This document shows, piece after piece, positions 54,487 through 63,669 of a stretch of 64,000 bases of DNA (its first letter is position 1; each line of letters starts with the position of its first letter). The notes beneath the pieces were generated by a model that was not told the origin of the DNA, ran no database searches, and saw only the letters and a list, made by a program, of their open reading frames with translations. Origin of the DNA: a virus (taxonomy: Duplodnaviria > Caudoviricetes). A program made the translations under genes and the position numbers. The stretch spans positions 1-64,000 of IMG/VR virus record IMGVR_UViG_3300009682_000003. One strand, written 5' to 3'.

Positions 54487-55493
54487 GGCTGCGCCTCGGC
54501 AATGCGCGCACGCGCGATCGCTACGTACTCGGGGTTGAGCTCGGCGCCGATGAAATCGCGCCCCTGTTGCAGCGCGGCAAGCGCGGTAGTGCCTGCGCCG
54601 GTGAACGGGTCGAGCACCACGCCGCCGGATTTGCATCCGGCGCGCACGCACAGCGACGCGAGCGTGATCGGCATCATCGCGAAGTGGGCGCATCTGGATG
54701 GGCGCGGGTTGAAGTGCCAAACGGAGCGGAGATTGGCGCCCGCGTCGGGGTCAGACTTGAAACCAACGCCGACCACGTGCAGCGACCCGTCGTTGCGCCC
54801 GCTGCTACGCGAATAGTCTTGCGCGCGCCCCTCGTTTTTTGCTGTATCGTATGCACGCGCTTGCGCGGGATGCAAACGCGCTTCCCGCACCGCATCCACG
54901 TCGTACCAGTACCGCGGCGATTTCGTCATTAGGAACACGTATTCATGCGCCTTCGTCGGGCGATCGCGCACGCTCTCAGGCATGCACGATCCGGCGCGCG
55001 TATCGCCGCTAAAGCCCTTTGCCCAAATGATATCCGCCCGCAGGTACCACCCAGCGGATTGGAGCGCGAACGCCACGCGCCATGGGATGCCTACGAGGTC
55101 TTTGGGTTTGAGATCGCCGAAGTCCTTGAACGCGGATAGCACTGTTCGACTCGCGGAAGGGTGCAGCGATCGCGGCCCAAGCACGCCTCTTCGGCCGTCC
55201 CTACTTTGCTGCGGTCCGCTTACTTTCAGCCCGCTAGTTGATGCGTAGCTATCCCCCAGATTCAGCCAAAGCGTGCCGTCGTCGGCGAGCACGCGATGCA
55301 CTTCGGAGAATACCGCTACGAGCCGCGCAACGTACTCGTCCGGCGTAGTCTCGATCCCGATTTGCCCCGCGACGCCGTAGTCGCGTAGGCCCCAATAGGG
55401 TGGTGACGTGACGCAGCATGCGATCGATTCGTCCGGCAGCGCGCGCAGCACGTCGAGTGCATCGCCCTGCACGATCAACGCTTCGGCTGTCAT
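54483..55493 (-). CDS. DNA N4-cytosine/N6-adenine methyltransferase (beta class)
   Basis: VTSPPYWGLRDY, LWLNLGDSY, WAK, HEYVF, HFA, VLDPFTGAGTT. Confidence 0.95.
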   Translation of the reverse strand: MTAEALIVQGDALDVLRALPDESIACCVTSPPYWGLRDYGVAGQIGIETTPDEYVARLVAVFSEVHRVLADDGTLWLNLGDSYASTSGLKVSGPQQSRDGRRGVLGPRSLHPSASRTVLSAFKDFGDLKPKDLVGIPWRVAFALQSAGWYLRADIIWAKGFSGDTRAGSCMPESVRDRPTKAHEYVFLMTKSPRYWYDVDAVREARLHPAQARAYDTAKNEGRAQDYSRSSGRNDGSLHVVGVGFKSDPDAGANLRSVWHFNPRPSRCAHFAMMPITLASLCVRAGCKSGGVVLDPFTGAGTTALAALQQGRDFIGAELNPEYVAIARARIAEAQP

Positions 55494-55551
55494 AGCGCAC
55501 CCCCGCGCAGCGCGCCCGCTAACAGTCTCGCGCACACGACCGCTAGCGCCA

Positions 55552-55884
55552 TCACGCGCGCTCCGTCGTGAGCGAGTATTGCCCGACGGCGGGCCCCCTT
55601 AGCGGCATCACGGTCGCGATCATGTCCGGCGCGCTCGAGCTAGTAACGATCGCGGGGTCTTCGGCGTCGATCCCGATGTTCAGGTCGAGCCAGTCGCGCG
55701 CCGCCGTGATCTCCGCTCCGTGCCCCTTGCCGTAGTTGCGCTTGCTGAACCGCCCGCTCCAACCGAACGTGCGGGCGATCGAGGGGAAGTCGTGGTCCTG
55801 TTGAACCAGGAAACTTCGACCGTCCTCGTTGCGCACGACGTACGATCCGTAGGGTCCGTCTTCGAGCGTGATCGTGTCGCCCAT
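55552..55884 (-). CDS. Phage hypothetical protein with a probably foreign C-terminus
   Basis: AARDWLDLNIGIDAEDP then AIVTSSSAPDMIATVMPLR (resembles a sliding-clamp C-terminus). Confidence 0.55.
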   Translation of the reverse strand: MGDTITLEDGPYGSYVVRNEDGRSFLVQQDHDFPSIARTFGWSGRFSKRNYGKGHGAEITAARDWLDLNIGIDAEDPAIVTSSSAPDMIATVMPLRGPAVGQYSLTTERA

Positions 55885-56006
55885 GGCGCAGATTGTGCCC
55901 GCGTGTCGCCCCGGAAGGCAAGCGTCGTGGTACATTCGGCGCCATGCGTGGAGAGCACGAGGCCAGGGCGCGCGAAGCAGGCCCTGTTTGTGGCGAAGAC
56001 GGGTGC

Positions 56007-56189
56007 ATGGTCGCGCAGTGCATCCTCGCGATCCGCAACCTGGCGGACGAGGTCGCCAGGCTAAACCAAATCGTCGCGAGGCTTCAGCCGAGCCGCCTGA
56101 ACGCGATCCGCGAGGCGAGCTGGGCCACCGCTGGCGCCATGGTGACGCTTGCCGCCGCGACGTGGTGGTATCTCCAGGTCGTGCGCTAG
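56007..56189 (+). CDS. small coiled-coil/TM hypothetical protein
   Basis: LADEVARLNQIVARL...AMVTLAAATWWYL; start uncertain. Confidence 0.35.
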   Translation: MVAQCILAIRNLADEVARLNQIVARLQPSRLNAIREASWATAGAMVTLAAATWWYLQVVR

Positions 56190-57148
56190 CCCGACACGCA
56201 GCCGTCTTGGATCGCCTCGTCGTCGAACAGGTCGCAGAATGCGGGAGCGTCCGACTCTTCGAGGAACCCGGCGTACTTGCTCCCTTTGCCAGCGGCGTCA
56301 GCCTTGCGCACGCGCTTGATCCACTCGCTCATGCTCCCAGGCCTGCACCGCGTAGGCTTGCGCCAGAGGCCGTCAATGCTGCGTGTCTTCGCCGGGTCGG
56401 CGTTGCGCTCCATGGCCACGATGCGGTCGGCCAGGTCGGGGTAGTTGCGAACCAGCCAGGTGATCTCGTGGGGCTTGGAGGCGGGGCAGTAGAAGCAGGC
56501 GCTCTTGACGGGGACGCGCAAGCCGCTGCTCGCGATCTCGGCCTTGCACTGCTCGCGGTCCCAGCCCCACTCGCGAAGCGGATACCAGTACACGTACCGA
56601 TCGTCGTCTGCGATCTTGCTTCGCCTTGCGTCCGCCGGCCCCGCGTCGTATCCGATCACTTTGATGCACCTACCGCCGGCATCCCAGGTTTCGAGCGCAG
56701 GCCTCCATCCGGCGACGTAGTCGTTCTGCGGGTCGCGCTTCCACTTGAGCGAGCACCCCTTGCGACCGTAAGCCAGGCTCGGCAGGTCGCGCTGCGCCAG
56801 GCACTGGCCTTCCAGCGACGTGTAGGGCCGGTTGGCGAACTGCCCACGGCCAGGCCCGGGGTAGCAAACGGTCGTGGGCAGGGGAAAGCCTACCGCCTTG
56901 CAGAACCTGCCGATCTCGTTCGCGTAGGCGTAGGTGTCAGGCTTTTCGTCGCCCGTGTCCGCAAACAGGATCATGTCGGGCCGGATGCCCATGCGCGCGA
57001 ACTCGACGAGCACCGCCGTGCTGTCCACGCCCATGCCGTACGCCACGATGAGGGGGACCGGGAAGTAGTGCTCCTTGAGCGCGACTTCGCTCGGGTACGG
57101 GGGCTTGCACGAGATCACTCGTGCGTCTCGCTGGGCTCGCGTTGCCAT
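56186..57148 (-). CDS. Second PP-loop (adenine nucleotide alpha-hydrolase/PAPS-reductase-like) protein
   Basis: VAYGMGVDSTA, FADTGDE, CSLKWK, IGYDAG, YPLREWGW, KSACFYCP. Confidence 0.85.
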   Translation of the reverse strand: MATRAQRDARVISCKPPYPSEVALKEHYFPVPLIVAYGMGVDSTAVLVEFARMGIRPDMILFADTGDEKPDTYAYANEIGRFCKAVGFPLPTTVCYPGPGRGQFANRPYTSLEGQCLAQRDLPSLAYGRKGCSLKWKRDPQNDYVAGWRPALETWDAGGRCIKVIGYDAGPADARRSKIADDDRYVYWYPLREWGWDREQCKAEIASSGLRVPVKSACFYCPASKPHEITWLVRNYPDLADRIVAMERNADPAKTRSIDGLWRKPTRCRPGSMSEWIKRVRKADAAGKGSKYAGFLEESDAPAFCDLFDDEAIQDGCVSG

Positions 57149-57150
57149 GC

Positions 57151-57483
57151 TCAGGGCAGCTTGTAGACCTTGACGCACCCGGCAAGGCCTTCGCGACCGG
57201 CCTTGCGAGCGCCGGCAGCGACGCCCTCGTCGTATGCTTCCCAGACGGCGTCGGGATCGCGCGAGCGGTTGAAGTCAGCCGCCGTGAACTCGAACGGCGA
57301 GAACTGCCTGAAGTGCTCGCTTTCGACGCTGCCGACCTCGCCCACGAACCAGTCGAGGAACTCGCCCTCGCTGCCGACCTGGACGTCGCCCTCGTACTCG
57401 TTGAACAGGTCGACAAAGTTTTCCTGGCCGATCGCGTGCCCTGTGTCTTGGCCCATGTCGCGGGCCTCTCGCTTGCTCGCCAT
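57151..57483 (-). CDS. hypothetical acidic protein
   Basis: Coupled ORF. Confidence 0.6.
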   Translation of the reverse strand: MASKREARDMGQDTGHAIGQENFVDLFNEYEGDVQVGSEGEFLDWFVGEVGSVESEHFRQFSPFEFTAADFNRSRDPDAVWEAYDEGVAAGARKAGREGLAGCVKVYKLP

Positions 57484-57560
57484 GCCGGAAGCGTACACCC
57501 CTCACGCCGGGCTTGGCTAGCAGCTCGACGCCCCGCCCGCCGCCGCGGTAGGCTCGGACA

Positions 57561-57929
57561 ATGACGAGCGAACGAGACGCGCTCCAAGGACTGGTCGACC
57601 ACCTCGCGGAGGAGATCTCCACGCCGGCTCACCGCGACCCTTGGACCGAGGTGCAAACCTGGGTCACCCTGCTGCTGCCTGCCCTCACGGACGCGGGCCT
57701 GCTCTGGGAGTACACGGGCGCGTCCAGCGAGGGCGTCATGCTCGACGACGGCGAGACGCTGGGCGGGTTCTGGTTGCTCGATCCCGCAAGCGGGCTCTTC
57801 GTCGGGCTCGAGGACGCCGACGAGGTGCAGGGGCCGTGGATCGCGAAGCTGCGCGAGCAGATCAACGGAGCATCGCGAGCCCAGCTCCGCTTGTACGCTG
57901 CCTGGGCTCACGCGGCGATGCACCGCTGA
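57561..57929 (+). CDS. hypothetical protein
   Basis: First gene of a plus-strand island. Confidence 0.55.
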   Translation: MTSERDALQGLVDHLAEEISTPAHRDPWTEVQTWVTLLLPALTDAGLLWEYTGASSEGVMLDDGETLGGFWLLDPASGLFVGLEDADEVQGPWIAKLREQINGASRAQLRLYAAWAHAAMHR

Positions 57930-57945
57930 CGGCAGAGCCCGGGGC

Positions 57946-58704
57946 GTGTACCATCGCGCCATTGCCGGGTTCGCGTTCTTGCTCACCGTCAACACCCCGG
58001 CGTGGCTCGGCACCGCGCGCGTGCCCCTTTTCATATCGCACAACCGCCTTGTTGCGATCCGCAGCCTCCCTCGCGCCGCCGCGCCCTGGGCGCTGGACAG
58101 CGGCGCCTACACCCAGGTGACCAGCTACGGCGGGTTTTCCACGAGCGCCCGGGGCTATGCCCGGTGCACCAGGCGCTACCGCGACGAGGTGGGGCGCATG
58201 GTCTGGGCGTCATGCCAGGACTGGATGACCGAGCCCGAGGCGCTGCGCGCCACCGGGATGACGATCGAGCGTCACCAGCAGCTCACGGTAGCGAGCTTCT
58301 TGGAGCTTTCCTCGATTGCCCCTGACCTCCCCTGGCTCCCCGTGCTCCAGGGGCAGACCATCGCGGACTACGAACGGTGCCTGCGGCTGTTCGAGGGCGC
58401 GGGCGTCGACCTGCGCCGTTTCCCCTCGGTGGGGCTCGGCTCCGTATGCCGGCGGCAGGGCACGATCGAGGTCGAGCGCATCGTGCGCGAGCTGGCGGGC
58501 TACGGGCTGCGCCTGCACGCCTTCGGCGCCAAGAAGACCGGGCTGCGGCGGTACGTGGACGCGGTCGTGAGCAGCGACTCGAACGCCTGGAGCGCTCGCG
58601 CCAGGTGGGCTGCCGCGGACGGCACCGCCTTGCCGAGCGACCGCAACAGCCTCGCCTACGCACTGCGGTGGCGCGAGGAGCTGCTCGTGGAGCTTGGGCT
58701 GTGA
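57946..58704 (+). CDS. tRNA-guanine transglycosylase-like (DpdA-like) TIM-barrel protein
   Basis: WALDSGAY, QDWMTEP, PVLQG, VGLGSVCRR, LHAFG, SDSNAW. Confidence 0.75.
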   Translation: MYHRAIAGFAFLLTVNTPAWLGTARVPLFISHNRLVAIRSLPRAAAPWALDSGAYTQVTSYGGFSTSARGYARCTRRYRDEVGRMVWASCQDWMTEPEALRATGMTIERHQQLTVASFLELSSIAPDLPWLPVLQGQTIADYERCLRLFEGAGVDLRRFPSVGLGSVCRRQGTIEVERIVRELAGYGLRLHAFGAKKTGLRRYVDAVVSSDSNAWSARARWAAADGTALPSDRNSLAYALRWREELLVELGL

Positions 58705-58955
58705 GCCCGAGGCCGAACGTCCGGGTGCGCAACGTCGAGGGCGCTTGGAGCTGGGCCTCGGGGGCGACGCCCGCCGTAGCCGTCTCGATCGATTGCATCC
58801 CCGACGTGCGTGCCGTGCTCGACAGGAACCAGCTCTGGTTCCGCGGCAACCGCGTGCTGCCAGCACGTATGATCACGCTTGCAGACGTGCCCGATGGCCA
58901 GTATGCGTTTGTGCATGCCGCGGGGAAGGTCTGGGAACTTGTGTTCGTCGGGTAG
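58701..58955 (+). CDS. hypothetical protein
   Basis: GTGA overlap. Confidence 0.5.
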   Translation: MSPRPNVRVRNVEGAWSWASGATPAVAVSIDCIPDVRAVLDRNQLWFRGNRVLPARMITLADVPDGQYAFVHAAGKVWELVFVG

Positions 58956-59129
58956 CACGTACGGGACGGCTGGCGTGTGGGCTGACCACGTCGTCGTCGG
59001 CTCGAGCGAGGCGCGCTGTTCTTGCGGAGCTTCGGCAACGATCCCGAACGGAGCTCCAAGCGACCCGAAGCGCCTGAACGCGATCTGGGACTTCCTCGTC
59101 GAGCACCGGACCTGCAAGCCGAGGCCCAG

Positions 59130-59357
59130 GTGAACTGGCGCGACGACGCAGTGGACGGCTGCAAGGCCGTGCTCATGGGCGTGCTCCGCTCGTCGCCAGC
59201 TCTTCTGCGCAGCGAGGTCGACGGCCTGCGCCCAGCGGTGCGGCACCTCAAGCGGCTTGCCCACTCCCCGAGCGTGGGCCTGGCGCTCTACCACGCCGGT
59301 CACGTCCTTGCCTACGGCGAGCAGGTCGCGCCACGCTGCGACGCGAGCGTGCGCTAG
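59130..59357 (+). CDS. hypothetical protein
   Basis: GTGA overlap with the preceding small ORF. Confidence 0.4.
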   Translation: MNWRDDAVDGCKAVLMGVLRSSPALLRSEVDGLRPAVRHLKRLAHSPSVGLALYHAGHVLAYGEQVAPRCDASVR

Positions 59358-59438
59358 TCGTGCAACAACCTCCGAGGCGTGATGGCTCGCGCGCCGGCCC
59401 CCGTTGACGAGGAACAAACCGGCGCGTAGCATCGGCGC

Positions 59439-59780
59439 ATGGGCGACTACTACTTTTTGACGAGCTGCGTCGGCTGGTCAGGCCGCGGTTGCGGGCCGGA
59501 ACGAGACGCGGGGCGCGACATTCAGCGCATGGTCGATGGCGCGAGGGACGTGTCCCGATCGACGTTCCTGAAGCACGTTGACAGGGGCAACCTGCGCGAG
59601 GTCGAGGCGATGCTCGGGTACGCCGAGCACCCCTCGCAAGGCCTCACCATGGCGGGCGACTGGCACGTCAGCTACCACCGCGGACGGTTCTGCGGGATGC
59701 CCGTGTACTACTTCGTCTGGTCCGCGATCGAACACATTTTCATGCGACCCGAGGACATGCGGCGCGCTGGCGTGGCGTAG
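59439..59780 (+). CDS. conserved-looking phage hypothetical protein
   Basis: FLTSCV...DWHVSYHRG...YYFVWSAIEHIF. Confidence 0.65.
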   Translation: MGDYYFLTSCVGWSGRGCGPERDAGRDIQRMVDGARDVSRSTFLKHVDRGNLREVEAMLGYAEHPSQGLTMAGDWHVSYHRGRFCGMPVYYFVWSAIEHIFMRPEDMRRAGVA

Positions 59781-59786
59781 CGTAGC

Positions 59787-60176
59787 TCACCCCAGGTAGG
59801 GAAGGAGCCTGCGCAGGATCGTGCGCTCGCTGTAATCCACGCCGCGAGGGCCGAGCACTTCCTCCACCTGCCCCTCTTGGAAGAACGCCTCGGCCACGGG
59901 CTTCCACACCCAGATCGCCTGCCCGGCCTCCGAATCGTCCGTCTGCTCGGCTTCGCGCGTCAGGTCGAACTCGGCCAGCCCCACGTACGGCAGCCGGCGG
60001 TTGATCGTCAGCACGTACGCGCGCGGCCCCTGCATGTAGGCGTAGTCGTAGTCGTCGGAGCCGGAACCGTGCTCCAGCTCGTAGCTCCGACCGCGGTACT
60101 TGATCACCGCGTTGTGGTGGTAGTTGTAGTGGCCGCGTGTGTAGCGGCGGCGGTACTTGATCTCGACCTGGCGCAT
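59787..60176 (-). CDS. hypothetical protein
   Basis: Coding-like 3' part of ORF 59787..60629. Confidence 0.55.
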   Translation of the reverse strand: MRQVEIKYRRRYTRGHYNYHHNAVIKYRGRSYELEHGSGSDDYDYAYMQGPRAYVLTINRRLPYVGLAEFDLTREAEQTDDSEAGQAIWVWKPVAEAFFQEGQVEEVLGPRGVDYSERTILRRLLPYLG

Positions 60177-60199
60177 GCGCCGAGAGTACCACCGCTCGG

Positions 60200-60547
60200 T
60201 CAGGGCTTGGCAACCGTCGCGGGCAAAGGCGGGATCGGCATCCACCACTGAGGCTCGTGCTCGGGGTCCACGATGTACCCGTCCAGGTCGTCGCCCCATC
60301 CGAGGCCCTGCTGGTAGCTCATGACCTCGACGTTGCCTTGCGTCGCGGCGAGCACGGGCCGCGCGTTCGGCGGCACCCAGATCTTTGCGTCGAGCCAGCC
60401 GGCTTCCGAGCACATGATCGGCGCCGAGCTTGACGGTGTTTCGACGCCCGGCGCCAGCACGGCAACGACGCCTGGGTTCTCGGGCCTGTCGGGGCAGTCT
60501 CGACCGTGATGCTCGGTCGAGCCGCAGTGCGCGCACTTCCAGCTCAT
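60200..60547 (-). CDS. Zn-knuckle plus DUF551-like protein
   Basis: CAHCGSTEHHGRDC; WMPIPPLP. Confidence 0.6.
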   Translation of the reverse strand: MSWKCAHCGSTEHHGRDCPDRPENPGVVAVLAPGVETPSSSAPIMCSEAGWLDAKIWVPPNARPVLAATQGNVEVMSYQQGLGWGDDLDGYIVDPEHEPQWWMPIPPLPATVAKP

Positions 60548-61119
60548 GGCTTGCTCCCTTCCGGTTCCCCAACGTACACGAGCCCGAGCGTGAACAGGGC
60601 CGTTCGGTCGTCGCCCTCGGGCACCGCAACGACCGGCGGTACGAGCACCAGCTTGCCGCGGTCCTCGCGAAGGTACTGGTCGGTCAGGTCGAGCTGCACG
60701 CAATTCTGCTCGTGGTTGCCCACTGCGGCGTGCACGACGCGAGCGGCCCGCACCCACACCTCGACGTCCAGTTTCGGGTCGCCCTCGACCAGGGCGATCT
60801 TGACCTTGCACGTCGGGTCGTCGCGCGCGTCGAAGGCTGCCGCGAGCACGCGCATGGGGACGCACTTCGACCCGAGCACGAGGTGCAGAGCCCGGGACCG
60901 CATCGTGAACGCCGGCACCTTGCTCGTGCGCCAGGTCGAGCGGGCGGCGACCCACGCGAACCCAACGCCGAGAGCTACCCAGAATGCTTCGCTTCCTCGC
61001 ACGTAGGCGAGCACCGCGGACCAGGCGATGAATGGCAGTGGGATCAGCCACACAAGCCGCCCGAACCAGTATCCCACCTTCGACGAGGCGGGCAGCAGAC
61101 TGTACACTTCCTGGCGCAT
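60544..61119 (-). CDS. hypothetical two-TM membrane protein
   Basis: LVWLIPLPFIAWSAVLAY; FWVALGVGFAWVAA. Confidence 0.6.
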   Translation of the reverse strand: MRQEVYSLLPASSKVGYWFGRLVWLIPLPFIAWSAVLAYVRGSEAFWVALGVGFAWVAARSTWRTSKVPAFTMRSRALHLVLGSKCVPMRVLAAAFDARDDPTCKVKIALVEGDPKLDVEVWVRAARVVHAAVGNHEQNCVQLDLTDQYLREDRGKLVLVPPVVAVPEGDDRTALFTLGLVYVGEPEGSKP

Positions 61120-61141
61120 TGACACCCTCGCTGAATGGCAA

Positions 61142-61342
61142 TCACTCTGCGACGTAGTAGTTCGCCTCACCGAGGGGGCAATTCTCGCGCAGCAGGGCGC
61201 AACACCTACGCACGGAAGCCTCTCCGGTTCCAAATGACTCCTCCGAATGACCGCAACGACTGCACGTCACAATCACGCCGTCAACGTCGTAGCCGTCGTC
61301 GTTCTCCAACGTAGTCTCGTCCACCTCGCAAACGACCTTCAT
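61142..61342 (-). CDS. small Cys-containing hypothetical protein
   Basis: CSRCGH...CCALLRENCP. Confidence 0.6.
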   Translation of the reverse strand: MKVVCEVDETTLENDDGYDVDGVIVTCSRCGHSEESFGTGEASVRRCCALLRENCPLGEANYYVAE

Positions 61343-61346
61343 GGTC

Positions 61347-61532
61347 CTATCCCTCCTTCGAGCACTCTCGGCACAGAGCCCTTCCCTTCGCGTGGAAGTC
61401 GCCCCTGTAGATGCGAGCGTGGCCGCAGTCGAGGTGCACGGTGTGCACTGGGATCTGCCACCACACGTTCGGACCGACGTGCTGCTCCATCGCCGTGTCG
61501 ACCTTCACGACCTTCCTGAACTGCCGCTTCAC
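61347..61532 (-). CDS. small Zn-finger-like protein
   Basis: LDCGH...CREC. Confidence 0.55.
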   Translation of the reverse strand: MKRQFRKVVKVDTAMEQHVGPNVWWQIPVHTVHLDCGHARIYRGDFHAKGRALCRECSKEG

Positions 61533-61738
61533 TCGCCCCCCTTTCCGACCCTCACGACCGATGCTTCGATTTGGTAGCCGTAGTCGTCCTCAACAACGTT
61601 CAGGCTCACGACCGTGCCGTTGTCGAGAACGAACCCGGTGACGTTGCCGACCCACATGCCCAGGTGCGTGTTCCACACGCGCTCTTGGAGCACGCGCACG
61701 ACTCGTTTGCCGACAACGTCTCGGGCACGCATGATCAC
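61529..61738 (-). CDS. hypothetical protein
   Basis: Coupled ORF. Confidence 0.55.
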   Translation of the reverse strand: MIMRARDVVGKRVVRVLQERVWNTHLGMWVGNVTGFVLDNGTVVSLNVVEDDYGYQIEASVVRVGKGGE

Positions 61739-62040
61739 ACCTCCGCTGCGCGTTTCAGCGCGTCAATGAAAGCGTCCTCGTTGGCCGCGGAGCCGGCGGC
61801 GAACATGCCGCCGTTCATGGTCACGATCCCTGCCGGCCAGCCGTTGAACTCGACGTACATGGTGAAGGGCTCGACGACGGGGCCGTGCGAGCACTTGAGC
61901 TTTTCGTCGTGCGGGTTGATCGCGATCCACCACTGCTCGTCGATCTCCTTTTCGTAGCAGCCCTCGGCCTCGCGAATGTTCTTGACGCCTTCCTTCTCGG
62001 TCAGCTTCAGCAGGCACTCCCAGATCACGGGTAGGCTCAT
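61735..62040 (-). CDS. hypothetical protein
   Basis: ATGA overlap. Confidence 0.6.
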   Translation of the reverse strand: MSLPVIWECLLKLTEKEGVKNIREAEGCYEKEIDEQWWIAINPHDEKLKCSHGPVVEPFTMYVEFNGWPAGIVTMNGGMFAAGSAANEDAFIDALKRAAEV

Positions 62041-62645
62041 GCTCCACCTTCCTTCTCTTCGTCGTTGCGCATTGTAGCCTCGGCAATCGAAGTGATCGCG
62101 CACTGTACCAACGACGCCGCAATGGCTCTGTCGCGAACGTTGGCAAGCTCCCTGGCTTCGGACTCGTAGCGCTCACGCCAAGCGGCGAACTTGCGGAGCA
62201 ACGCGAGCGCGGCTTGGAGCTGTGCGGTGCGGGCAAGCTCCTCAAGCTCGATGCACCCATCGTCGTGACGCCCCTTGCGCCACCTGCCAAAGGGCTGATC
62301 GGTCATTTGGTGGCAGTCCCCTGGGCTCCACAAAACGAGCCTTCCGGTCCACGCCTGGAGCACTCCGTCCCAGTCCATGATCGGCATGAAATACGGTGCC
62401 TCTCCCGAGCCAAAGTGTTCGTCGAACGTCACGCCGTCAGGCAGTGGGAAACATGGCCCCCACCATGCGTCGTCGGAGGACTCCCAACCCGGTGGGATTT
62501 CTGGACACGTCGCGGGTCCGTACCCCCCGCGTGTGACCCACCAAGAGCAACGAGCCCCGCAGGCAGGGCAAGGCCCACGCGGTGCAGACTTCTCGTATTC
62601 AGCAAGTATCTTGGCCTCGTAAATCTCTTCCTCGCTTCGGTTCAC
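62037..62645 (-). CDS. hypothetical protein
   Basis: GTGA overlap; CPACG. Confidence 0.6.
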   Translation of the reverse strand: MNRSEEEIYEAKILAEYEKSAPRGPCPACGARCSWWVTRGGYGPATCPEIPPGWESSDDAWWGPCFPLPDGVTFDEHFGSGEAPYFMPIMDWDGVLQAWTGRLVLWSPGDCHQMTDQPFGRWRKGRHDDGCIELEELARTAQLQAALALLRKFAAWRERYESEARELANVRDRAIAASLVQCAITSIAEATMRNDEEKEGGA

Positions 62646-62971
62646 CTTTCACCTCCGTCTGCGTTCGGCTCGAACCTCGGATCGCCTCCCTCGGGCCATG
62701 CGTAGTCGAAAAGCGCAAGCTGCGCCTGGTCGAGCGTGTCGAAGGCCTGGTGCCCACCGCGCCAGCGCGGGAGCATCGACACGGGCATGCACTCGGGCCT
62801 GGGCGGTCGCAGCCATGCGTAGTACAGCCCGTCGCGCAGCTCGACGCCGAACCGGGCGTACCAGACCTTGATCGACAGCACGGTGCGACCGTCGAACTCG
62901 TACCACTCCCACTTGCGCAGAACCCACCTCGTGCGCCACTTCTCGCGGCGCTTGGCCTGGTCGGCTCCCAT
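62642..62971 (-). CDS. hypothetical Trp-rich protein
   Basis: GTGATG overlap. Confidence 0.55.
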   Translation of the reverse strand: MGADQAKRREKWRTRWVLRKWEWYEFDGRTVLSIKVWYARFGVELRDGLYYAWLRPPRPECMPVSMLPRWRGGHQAFDTLDQAQLALFDYAWPEGGDPRFEPNADGGER

Positions 62972-63555
62972 CACTCCTTCTCCGCTTCCAGGCGCTCCCA
63001 GCGCCCGCCACGGCCCGGCCCGAACAGGAACCAGGCGTAGTCGCAGGCATCGGTGGCCTTCTTGCCGCGCTTGGCTGGGCAAATGAACGAGGGCCTGTTC
63101 GCGAACAGGAACAGGTCGGCCTTGTGCTCTGCCCAGAAGGCGCGTCGCTTCTTGGTCGCCCCGAACCCGATGCGGGCGAGGAACGCGACCGTGCCCCCCT
63201 CGTCCACCTCGATGAGCGCCCGCCTCGCCACTTGCTCGACCAGGCCGAACGGCGGGTTGGTGATGATGAGCCCGGCCTTCGGCCACGGCACGCGAAGGGC
63301 GTTGCCGTGCACGCAATCGAAGCCCCGCGCTCGGCACGCCTCGGCGCGCCTCTTCTGAATCTCGATCCCGAGCAGGTCGCTGGCCTGCCACGGGAACACG
63401 CCGCGCAGCTCGTGCAGGATGTTGCCCTTGCCGGCGCACGGGTCGAGCACGACGTCGTGGCACGGCAGCTCGTGGAGGATGGCGCGAACGCACCACCCCG
63501 CGGTGTCGTAGGCGTCGAAGCGGCGCCTCTTGGTTCCCCTGCCCGTGGCGCTCAT
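62971..63555 (-). CDS. Small amino-type (NPPF) DNA methyltransferase
   Basis: DAYDT, VLDPCAGKGNI, GIEI, IITNPPF. Confidence 0.88.
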   Translation of the reverse strand: MSATGRGTKRRRFDAYDTAGWCVRAILHELPCHDVVLDPCAGKGNILHELRGVFPWQASDLLGIEIQKRRAEACRARGFDCVHGNALRVPWPKAGLIITNPPFGLVEQVARRALIEVDEGGTVAFLARIGFGATKKRRAFWAEHKADLFLFANRPSFICPAKRGKKATDACDYAWFLFGPGRGGRWERLEAEKE

Positions 63556-63669
63556 TGTGCACCTCGCCGCGGGCGTGCTATGGTCTGGACTCGTCTGGTT
63601 CGCATGCTGCTTTCACCTCCGTGTGCGACTGAGGCCCCGGCACTTCCCCTTTGCCGGGGCTTCGGCTTT

